DNA of 61,866 nucleotides, filler included, from Candidatus Woesearchaeota archaeon (lineage in GTDB: Archaea > Nanobdellota > Nanobdellia > Woesearchaeales > GCA-2687795), in the NCBI GenBank assembly GCA_030753365.1. It is 5 parts of 5 records of this genome, joined end to end, with 100 filler letters (N's around TTAATTAATTAA, not from the genome) between each part and the next. Parts side by side here need not be neighbours in the genome. Positions count along the whole stretch, not along the records: positions 29,766 to 45,325 come from JASMCJ010000047.1; 4 more parts are not named here. One strand, given 5' to 3'. Every line of letters begins with the position of its first letter. Position 1 is the stretch's first letter. Of the stretch, positions 30,750-38,645 are shown one piece after another. A program made the translations under genes and the position numbers. The notes below the pieces were generated by a model. The model did no database searches. It saw nothing but the letters and a program-made list of their open reading frames with translations, and had not been told where the DNA came from.

Positions 30750-30910
30750 TCAAGAACCACCCGTCAGAGATGGGTGAAATGTAATGGTTCATATGCTTTA
30801 TTATTCCATCCATTGGTGGTTCTTGAGCATGCTCAGAATTTTCCAGTGTTCTGACATCAGAAGCAAGTGGAACTTGCCATTAATCAGAGATATATAATGG
30901 AAAATTCTGA
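30750..30910. ncRNA. Candidate two-hairpin ncRNA upstream of tRNA-Asp
   Basis: Perfect 12-bp (TCAAGAACCACC/GGTGGTTCTTGA) and 13-bp (TCAGAATTTTCCA/TGGAAAATTCTGA) closing stems with internal helices. Confidence 0.4.
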
Positions 30911-31145
30911 CATTTGATAGCATTATCTCTAAACATGGGTTTTTTTGTGTCTAGAGAAAGGTTTTGAACATTAAATGTAGGATTCGCTTTTCATTTATAA
31001 ATGTTGCGTATTTTGGAGCATATTTTAGAGGAGAACTGGATTTTAGTGCGATTTTACCACTACTTTATCACAGGGAATGCCTTTTTTAACTAATATAAGA
31101 GTTTTTCGCAAATAATATGAGGAAAAGATGAAAAAAGAAAAAAAG

Positions 31146-31329
31146 TCCCCACCCCCGGATTTGAACCAGGAACCTATACCGGATTAATTCTTTCGGTGTT
31201 GGCTGGCTCTCTATCATTCCTTGCTTAAACGCATAAGGTCATAGAGCGCATCTTTGGCTCCTTTATAAAGGCACAGCCGAACGCTCTAGCCACTGCTCCT
31301 TGTTATTCACAAGATTGAGCTAGGTGGGG
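31146..31329 (-). tRNA. tRNA-Tyr(GUA) with four introns (15/16, 35/36, 37/38, 43/44)
   Basis: C1:G72 and A73 Tyr identity; acceptor CCCCACC/GGTGGGG; intact T arm; removing 22+19+54+16 nt leaves an exact 73-nt cloverleaf. Confidence 0.8.
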
Positions 31330-31363
31330 AAGGGACTATTTGATTAAAAAGTAGACTTTGTTT

Positions 31364-32164
31364 TTAAACTTTATCAATTTGTTCCTTTTTACGTAGATAT
31401 ACAAATTTATTTGTATTATAAATGCTTTTCAATTTTTTAATGTTTTTTCTTGTTGCAATTTTTAATTCAAATGTTTCTGACTTCTTACTTTTGTATATTT
31501 TTCCAGATGAAATTGTCAGACTTATTAATAATTCTTTTAAACTTCTTATAAATTTTTCTGAGCCAGAATTAATCTTAATCTGATTTGGTTGGATAGAACC
31601 ATCTCCATCGATTACCCCTCTTAAGAAAGCTATTCTTATTTTAATAGAATTATCCATTATTTTCTTAGGAATATCAACTATTAAAGATTTAGGCCCTGCT
31701 GGGATTTCATATTCAGAGATTATAATCTCAGCCAATTTTTTAGAAGATATCCTTATTTCATAATTTGGTTTTTTGTTAAAACCATATCTTCTTGAACTTA
31801 TGCCAGGAGTATAACTGAACAAATGTTGGATTAATTTTAGAATCATTTCCTTTTCTTCAGGGTAACTTGTATAAATTGCAACTTTATAATTTTTAATCTT
31901 TTTGTTGAAATATATATGTCCATCTGTGATTAATAATCCTAAAAAATAAGCAGAATCTTCATTTAAATCCATAAAATTAATCTTTTGGTAATATATTACT
32001 TTATAACCCGCTGATTTCATTAAATTATTCCATGAACCAAACAACTTTCTTGAATAACAATATAAAGTATTATCATCCCTTTTCTTTGGTTTTCTATTTA
32101 ACTTATTCTCTAGAATTTTTACTCTTTTTATTAATTCATTTTTTGAAATTTTTATTTTTTTCAT
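31364..32164 (-). CDS. Free-standing LAGLIDADG homing-endonuclease-like protein
   Basis: Two motifs, YFLGLLITDG and FLRGVIDGDG; N-terminal FGSWNNLM repeat-like motif. Confidence 0.85.
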   Translation of the reverse strand: MKKIKISKNELIKRVKILENKLNRKPKKRDDNTLYCYSRKLFGSWNNLMKSAGYKVIYYQKINFMDLNEDSAYFLGLLITDGHIYFNKKIKNYKVAIYTSYPEEKEMILKLIQHLFSYTPGISSRRYGFNKKPNYEIRISSKKLAEIIISEYEIPAGPKSLIVDIPKKIMDNSIKIRIAFLRGVIDGDGSIQPNQIKINSGSEKFIRSLKELLISLTISSGKIYKSKKSETFELKIATRKNIKKLKSIYNTNKFVYLRKKEQIDKV

Positions 32165-33198
32165 AAAATCGTAGGCTGGATACCCATCCCTTTATGGTTG
32201 GGAGGAAAGCCGTGCCTCCTTTGTGTTTTCTTCGAGAGGCTTGATGAATTAACCTCTGGTTTGTTTAATAGTTTAGTCTTAATACATTTTTCACATCTAT
32301 TTCCAATATATCCAATAAGATTACTATTTTCGTAAATCTGTGTAATCTCACATTGATTACTACACCCTACTCCAAAATAAGTTTTTGTTTCAAATTCTGA
32401 ATTAATCAAATTAAATCCTTTAAAATTAGTAATTTTGGGATGTTCTTCCATAGTTGCGATAGCAACACCTATTGCACCCATTAAATCTGGATTCTTAGGA
32501 ACTAAAACATTATGAGATAATTCTTTTTCAAAACAATATAACAATGCTTTATTCTTAGCTGTAGCACCTTGAAAAACATAGGGTGGTTGTAATTTTATTC
32601 CTTTTCCAAGCATAGCAAAATAATTTCCTATCAATCCACGACAAACACCCATGAGTATATCTGATTTATTCATTCCTTTATTTAATTTTGATACAACAGC
32701 AGACTGACAAAAAACACCACATTTTGACGGTAAAGCTATTTTATTATTTCCCCTTAATGCAATATCCCCAATATCATCTAAATTTATATCCATCCTATTT
32801 GCTATTGATTCTATCATAGCACCAGTTCCCCCCCCACAATCTCTATTCATAACAAAATTAGTAATAGTTTTTCCATCTAATTGAATAAGTTTACAATCTT
32901 CACCACCAATATCAAAGATAGTTTTAACGTCTGGAAACATTGAAGTTGTGGCAATATAATGTGCAATAATTTCAGATTCAATTTTATCCCCTCCAATTAA
33001 TGTTGAAATAAACTCTCTTCCAGAACCAGTTATACCAACACCTTTTATTTTTTTTTCAGTTTTTATATCTTCTAAAACAATTTTAATTGTTTCAATAAGT
33101 CCAAAATTCTTCCGATATGTAGATTTAATAATATTCTTGTTATCATCTAATAATGTTGCTTTCATTGAAACGCTACCACAATCTATCCCAATATACAT
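32161..33198 (-). CDS. Acyl-CoA dehydratase activase (BadF/BadG/BcrA/BcrD ATPase family)
   Basis: GIDCGSVS, DIGGED.K, MNRDCGGGTG, KCGVF, C-terminal Cys cluster. Confidence 0.88.
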   Translation of the reverse strand: MYIGIDCGSVSMKATLLDDNKNIIKSTYRKNFGLIETIKIVLEDIKTEKKIKGVGITGSGREFISTLIGGDKIESEIIAHYIATTSMFPDVKTIFDIGGEDCKLIQLDGKTITNFVMNRDCGGGTGAMIESIANRMDINLDDIGDIALRGNNKIALPSKCGVFCQSAVVSKLNKGMNKSDILMGVCRGLIGNYFAMLGKGIKLQPPYVFQGATAKNKALLYCFEKELSHNVLVPKNPDLMGAIGVAIATMEEHPKITNFKGFNLINSEFETKTYFGVGCSNQCEITQIYENSNLIGYIGNRCEKCIKTKLLNKPEVNSSSLSKKTQRRHGFPPNHKGMGIQPTIL

Positions 33199-34103
33199 TT
33201 TTTCTTCCTCCTTAAAACTGATATAAAAGTTTCTATCCTTGTATCGAATCCTGCTTCAAATCTGTTTTCATCTATAGGGAAACGATAAATAGGTATTTTA
33301 TATTTCTGACCTACCCTATTCATAAGCATTTCAATAGTTGTTTCTGGCATACAACTTAGAGGTAATAAATGTATAATTCCATCAAAATCTTTTTTACAAT
33401 ATTCTATAGAAGAATAAAGACTATATTTACCATGACCTCCTACATCCCCCCATATATAAGGTTTTAGTTCTTTTTTTTCTTTTCTTCTTTCAGAAATATT
33501 ATAATTATGAGTTAGAAAATTAGAAAGTTTTGTTGAAACATCTACAGCTACACCCATATTCTGTAATTTGTGGACAATATTATAATTTATGTATGGGTCT
33601 AAAAGTGTATAAATTTCACCAGTAATTCCAATCTTTAAATCTGCATTTTCATCAAATGGAAAATTCTTTTTTTCCTCTTTTAATATAATTTTATAATATT
33701 TGTATATCTTTTTCGTAACAGTTAATGGGTTTTTCCCACTAAGTTTACAAAAAGAACTTACTACCCCTTTAAAGGTAGGAGGTATATTAATCATTTCGAA
33801 ATTATAACCTAAATCTTTAAGAATTTGTCCAGCAATATTATAATATTGACCTATCCTACATAACGTATTTTGTTCTCCCCACATCATTGTTGTATTAGCC
33901 CCCCTTTCTAAACCATCAATAAAACAGCCCAAAACTACTTTAAACGGAAAACACATCATATCGCTACTATATTTAACCCCCTTTTTAATTATTTCTTGAT
34001 TTATTTGTTTTGTTTTTAAAACATTAATATCTAATTCCTTTAGTAAATCTTCTAATATATCTGTGTAAAATCCCATTCTTGGTATTGTCACGATTCTCTC
34101 CAT
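33183..34103 (-). CDS. CoA-enzyme-activase partner / 2-hydroxyacyl-CoA dehydratase D-component-like protein
   Basis: MCFPFKV, CRIGQY, ITGEIY, DGIIHLLPLSCMPE, TRIETF. Confidence 0.78.
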   Translation of the reverse strand: MERIVTIPRMGFYTDILEDLLKELDINVLKTKQINQEIIKKGVKYSSDMMCFPFKVVLGCFIDGLERGANTTMMWGEQNTLCRIGQYYNIAGQILKDLGYNFEMINIPPTFKGVVSSFCKLSGKNPLTVTKKIYKYYKIILKEEKKNFPFDENADLKIGITGEIYTLLDPYINYNIVHKLQNMGVAVDVSTKLSNFLTHNYNISERRKEKKELKPYIWGDVGGHGKYSLYSSIEYCKKDFDGIIHLLPLSCMPETTIEMLMNRVGQKYKIPIYRFPIDENRFEAGFDTRIETFISVLRRKKKCILG

Positions 34104-34105
34104 TC

Positions 34106-34657
34106 TTAACCTCTTGTAAAATCACCTATCTTCATCTGTCCTTTCAACTCTTTAGGACAGTTATAAACATCATACTCAAACACAGGTTTACCTTCCTGTT
34201 CTGAAATGTATCTCTTAACTTGTTCTTGACTTACATGACCTGCTGAACCACAATAATATCCAGTAGCCCATAATGCTTTGAATCCAGAGCCATAATGATT
34301 CTTGAATCCTAAGTATCTTAGGAAAGGAAAACATCTTCTAAGTTGAATCGAAGTGTTACCCTTGAGTTGATTAACTATCTTAAAAGGTGTTGAAGTTGGT
34401 CTTACACCTACAAATAAATGCAGATGGTCTGGCATTATCTCTAATGCTAATGGGTTAATCTTCATGTTGTAACATTGTCCTTCAATGATTTGTTTTAGCA
34501 CTTCTTTCACCTTGCCTGTTAGTATCTGTTTTCGATACTTTGGTATCCATATAATGTGATAGTTGATGTTAAACTTGCAGTGATGTCCTCGTCTAACAGT
34601 TGCTATCTTTGATTCAATCTTGTATTTTTCTGGATTGAAATGTTTGTATTTAGTCAT
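34106..34657 (-). CDS. tnpA: IS200/IS605 Y1 (HUH) transposase
   Basis: YHIIWIPKYR, PDHLHL (HUH), LWATGYY, VKRYISEQ; ATG 34657 follows GAGGTGG. Confidence 0.95.
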   Translation of the reverse strand: MTKYKHFNPEKYKIESKIATVRRGHHCKFNINYHIIWIPKYRKQILTGKVKEVLKQIIEGQCYNMKINPLALEIMPDHLHLFVGVRPTSTPFKIVNQLKGNTSIQLRRCFPFLRYLGFKNHYGSGFKALWATGYYCGSAGHVSQEQVKRYISEQEGKPVFEYDVYNCPKELKGQMKIGDFTRG

Positions 34658-35006
34658 TGCGACCACCTCAACTTTAAGGTGGTTGCTCGTTTGGTGAGGT
34701 TTTCCGTTTGAGTGGAAGCCCTCTTATAGCTTTCGGATTTTCTCCGAATGATTTAAGTTGGGGCTTCTGCGTGGGAAACCCCACCCTTTAGGGTAATTTA
34801 TTTTGGGAGGAGGTCATTTTCAAACAAATATTTTATTGTGAGACTATGTAAATAATTTCGCTTTAGATGAAATAACAATTTGAAAGTTGAACTTTTCTTA
34901 ATTTGAAATGTATAAACAATTTCTAAATAGTTAATGATATTTTCTAGGTGGGGATATACATAAGAAAATCAAAGAGTTTATAAATATTATTGATTAAATT
35001 GATGAA

Positions 35007-36296
35007 ATGCTTGATATAAACTTTATTAGGGAGAATCCTAAGCTTGTTAAGGAGAATATTAAGAAGAAGTTTCAGAGTGAGAGAGTTAAGAAGGTTGATG
35101 AACTGCTGGAGAAGGATAAGAAGTATAGAGAGTTGTTGCAGAAGTCTGAGAAGCTGAGGGCAGAGAGGAATAATATTACTTCTGAGATTAATTTACTTAA
35201 GAAGCAGGGAGAGGATATTTCTAAGACGGTAAAGAAGGCGAAGGAAATTCCTGACAAAATTAAGAAGATTGAGGATGTTCAAGATAAGCTGAAGGAAGAG
35301 ATTAGAGAGCTTTTATTTGATATTCCTAATATGATTCATAAGTCTGTGCCTATTGGCAAGGATGATAAGGAGAATATTGTTAGAGAGAAAATTGGAGAAC
35401 CTAAGAAGTTAGGCTTTGATGTTAAGAGCCATGTTGAGATTGCTGAGAAGTTAGGTGTTGTTGATTTTGATATTTCTGCTAAGACTTCAGGGAATGGGTT
35501 TTATTATCTTAAAGGTGATTTAGCCTTATTGAATATGGCTTTGGTTAATTTTGCAAGGGATTACATGGTGAAGCAAGGATATGAGTATGTTGAGCCTCCG
35601 CTGATGATTAGAGAGAATGTTCTTAGAGGAGTTTATTCACATGAGGAGATTGAGGAGATGGCTTATAAGATTGAGGATGAAGATTTGTTTTTGATTGCTA
35701 CTTCAGAGCATCCGTTGATTGGGATGTTTATTAACAAGATTATTGATAAGGATGAGTTGCCTATAAAGATTACAGGGTTTTCTTCATGTTTTAGGAAGGA
35801 GATTGGAAGCCATGGCATTGACGAGAAGGGTTTGTTTAGGACGCATCAGTTTAATAAGCAGGAGATGGTTGTGATTTGCGAGCCTGAAGATTCTTACAAA
35901 TTTTATGATGAGATGCTTGGTCATTCTAAAGCAATTTTTAAGAAATTGGGGTTGCCTATTAGGGAGAGAGAGTGTTGTTCAGGTGACCTTGCTGATTTGA
36001 AGGCGAAGTCTGCTGATTTGGAAGCATGGTCTCCCCGTAAAAAGGAGTATTTTGAGATTACTTCCTGCACTAATATGGAGGCTGCGCAGGCGAGAAGGCT
36101 GAATATAAAAGTTACAGATGGGAAGGTTAAGTGGCATGCGCATACTTTGAATAATACAGTGATTGCTACTTCTAGAGCGATGGTTGCTATTCTTGAGAAT
36201 TTTCAGCAGAGGGATGGGAGTGTTAAGATTCCTAAAGTTTTGCAGAGTTATATGGGCGGTAAGGAAAGGATTGAAGTAAAGAAAAAAATTAATTAA
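35007..36296 (+). CDS. serS: Seryl-tRNA synthetase
   Basis: MLDINFIRENP, LIATSEHP, FRKE.GSHG, LFRTHQF, HTLNNT. Confidence 0.97.
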   Translation: MLDINFIRENPKLVKENIKKKFQSERVKKVDELLEKDKKYRELLQKSEKLRAERNNITSEINLLKKQGEDISKTVKKAKEIPDKIKKIEDVQDKLKEEIRELLFDIPNMIHKSVPIGKDDKENIVREKIGEPKKLGFDVKSHVEIAEKLGVVDFDISAKTSGNGFYYLKGDLALLNMALVNFARDYMVKQGYEYVEPPLMIRENVLRGVYSHEEIEEMAYKIEDEDLFLIATSEHPLIGMFINKIIDKDELPIKITGFSSCFRKEIGSHGIDEKGLFRTHQFNKQEMVVICEPEDSYKFYDEMLGHSKAIFKKLGLPIRERECCSGDLADLKAKSADLEAWSPRKKEYFEITSCTNMEAAQARRLNIKVTDGKVKWHAHTLNNTVIATSRAMVAILENFQQRDGSVKIPKVLQSYMGGKERIEVKKKIN

Positions 36297-38490
36297 ATGT
36301 TCTTTCTACAGCAACTTCCATGATAGGGAAGTGGTCCTTGTTCTCCACTTCATAAGGAAGTTTTATTTCGTTGAGCTCTTCTTTGATGTTGTCTAGGTTG
36401 TTCATTTTTATCTTTTTTGCTGAGATTGTGTAGAGGGTGTTGTCCATGTATAATGATCTTCTTACTGCTGATGGCGAACCATAGTAGTAATAGTTGGTGT
36501 CTTCTTCATCGTCTTCGTGAGTTATTGTTCCCTTGACTTCGAAGCCGTCTTCTGGTGTTAGGCCGAATACATAAGCGCCTTGCCAGATTTTGTTTCTGTA
36601 GTATCCTAGTTTGTTGTCAAAGTATCTGTCTTTCATTTCTCTTACAGGGATTACTAAGAGATTCTTTTCTTTGTCAAAGAGGAATGCTTTATGCTCGTTT
36701 AATGCTTCTGAGTCTGTTCCTGATTGTCCTATTTCATAAGTGTCAATTTGGGTTGGATTAGTTACATCGCTTACATCGAATAGTGCTAGTTTTACACCTT
36801 TGGTTGAGATGCCGCCCCATTGGTTTGATTCGGTTTCTTTTCCTATGCCTATGATATGGTTTTCGTCATAAGGGTGGAGGTAGTCTGAATAGCCAGGTAT
36901 TTTTAATTCTCCTAATATTTCAGGATTGCTTGGGTTGGATAGGTCTATTACAAATAAAGGGTCAACTCTTTTGAAGGTTACCATGTATAGCCTGTCTCCT
37001 AAGAATCTTGTTGAATAGATTCTTTCTTCAGGAGCTATGTCTTCTATTTTTCCAACTTGTTCTAGATTTTCGTCTAAGATGTAGACGTTGTTGTACATTG
37101 TGTTGTCTCTTCTGGTGTAGATATATGTTGTGGTTGCTACTCTGAAGTATCCTGCATGCTCGTCCATGGAGAATTGGTTTAATAGATAGCCGTGCACTTC
37201 CCCTTTTATGTCATAGTCTATGTAACCATCATCTATCTTGATTTTATGGATTACAGTTTTTCTTCTTTCTGCTTCGATTTTTGCTTCATAGTCAGTTATT
37301 GCGTTTTCTATTTTTTCAATGAGGGTTAACTTTTCTTTTTCTTCCATGGTGTTGTACATGTCTTCTAAGATTGAAGATATTGTGTCCCATTTTTCATAGG
37401 AAGTTAGTTCGATGTTGTTTCTTATGCTGTTTATTTTGTTTTGGATGTCTAATGGCAGTAGAGGGACTACTACTTTGTAGAATCTGTCTTCGTTGTGCTC
37501 TTTGTAATATGTGTAAGGCAGATTTTTTTGATAAGTGATGTAAATATTGTTTCTTGAGACATAAAGGTTGTTTGAGTAACCCATCATAAAGGTTTTTGCA
37601 CTGATGCTGTCATCACTTTTTATGTTGAAGGATGCGATTGTGTTGAAGTTGTAGTTGTTTTCAGGGTTGTCAAAGTAGTAGATTTCAGGTGAGATGAGCT
37701 TTTCTGAGCTTTCTCTGATTACTGGCATGTCTATTACATTGTTGTAATAGTATACATTTTCGTTTACAATGAAATAGACGTAGTTGCCTATCATTCTTGA
37801 TTCATAATAGTTTCCATTTAGGTTGTAGTCTTTTATTTGTGTTGGGTTGGCTCTGTCAGAGATGTCATAGATGAGCGCGTGAGTTTTTGAGGTGTATCTT
37901 GGCCTTGGAGCAAAGTCGTATTCTGCAAAGACAGGTGTCTGGTCATTTGTTAGAGTGAATATTATCAATCTGTCATCGTTGATGAACATGTTTCTGGTTG
38001 TACCTTTGATTTCTGTTTCTGATAGAATGTCTGCATCTTCGGCTGGGTATGCGTCTATTATTACAAGATTGTTTCCTGTTAAGGTGTAGATGTATTTGTT
38101 GTCGTTTTTTACAATGTCTGCCTCGTCAACGCCTTTGACCTGAACGTTTGTTTGAGAGTAGTCTTCCGCACCTCCTGCTGTGGATGATTTTGCAGCTGGT
38201 GTGCCTAAAGCGGATGCTTCTGAAAAGTCACTTACTGCTGCTTCAACCATCATAGTGGATCTTATTCCACCAGAGTATGCTGAAACATAGTTTGCATTAG
38301 AGGCTGCGTCTTTTAGGAATTCCAAGAGCTCGGTTTTTGATGAAAATTTCTTTAGTTCCTGATTGGTTTCTTTATCTGATAAAATATCTGTCTCTGTATC
38401 ATAATCCACCGGAGAGCAGGATACTAGCAGCACTGCTAGCATTAATAATGATAGTATGTAAAATCTTAGTGTTAGTTTTTGAGGTTTCAT
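36289..38490 (-). CDS. Secreted beta-propeller domain protein (probable lipoprotein)
   Basis: LVSC lipobox-like, YSQTNVQVKGVDEADIVK, LNQFSMDE, ERIYSTRF, GELKIPGYSDYLHP. Confidence 0.88.
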   Translation of the reverse strand: MKPQKLTLRFYILSLLMLAVLLVSCSPVDYDTETDILSDKETNQELKKFSSKTELLEFLKDAASNANYVSAYSGGIRSTMMVEAAVSDFSEASALGTPAAKSSTAGGAEDYSQTNVQVKGVDEADIVKNDNKYIYTLTGNNLVIIDAYPAEDADILSETEIKGTTRNMFINDDRLIIFTLTNDQTPVFAEYDFAPRPRYTSKTHALIYDISDRANPTQIKDYNLNGNYYESRMIGNYVYFIVNENVYYYNNVIDMPVIRESSEKLISPEIYYFDNPENNYNFNTIASFNIKSDDSISAKTFMMGYSNNLYVSRNNIYITYQKNLPYTYYKEHNEDRFYKVVVPLLPLDIQNKINSIRNNIELTSYEKWDTISSILEDMYNTMEEKEKLTLIEKIENAITDYEAKIEAERRKTVIHKIKIDDGYIDYDIKGEVHGYLLNQFSMDEHAGYFRVATTTYIYTRRDNTMYNNVYILDENLEQVGKIEDIAPEERIYSTRFLGDRLYMVTFKRVDPLFVIDLSNPSNPEILGELKIPGYSDYLHPYDENHIIGIGKETESNQWGGISTKGVKLALFDVSDVTNPTQIDTYEIGQSGTDSEALNEHKAFLFDKEKNLLVIPVREMKDRYFDNKLGYYRNKIWQGAYVFGLTPEDGFEVKGTITHEDDEEDTNYYYYGSPSAVRRSLYMDNTLYTISAKKIKMNNLDNIKEELNEIKLPYEVENKDHFPIMEVAVERTFN

Positions 38491-38542
38491 TTGAACATCA
38501 CCTGATTTAATGTATATTGTAGGCTATATAAATAACTGTTTA

Positions 38543-38568
38543 TAGGTTTGAATTGGGTTGAAGTTATT
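38543..38568. promoter_or_regulatory. 26-bp operator-like motif, copy 1
   Basis: TAGGTTTGAATTGGGTTGAAGTTATT; 25/26 identical to 40980-41005; upstream of a minus-strand TATA box. Confidence 0.65.
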
Positions 38569-38645
38569 AATCAAATAAACTGATTGACTATTAAGTAGTA
38601 GTTAAAACCATAAACCTTATAAATGATTAATAGTTCTTTTTCTAT

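Larger units (their letters stand above)
32165..34817 (+). mobile_element. IS200/IS605-family element with tnpA and two passenger genes, no tnpB
   Basis: Left-end hairpin CCCATCCC-TTTA-TGGTTGGG preceded by GATA, with TCAT just outside; right-end hairpin CCCACCC-TTTA-GGGT..TGGG preceded by GAAA and ending GGAGGTCAT; Y1 transposase inside. Confidence 0.75.

Noticed and set aside
31198..31272. Alternative tRNA identity (Asp GUC) from a single long intron using the second AGCC-AA
   Set aside because: It gives a 6-nt anticodon loop and conflicts with the C1:G72/A73 Tyr determinants.
31364..32164. LAGLIDADG as part of an intein or intron
   Set aside because: It has its own ATG and stop, no intein splice residues, and lies outside the tRNA exons.
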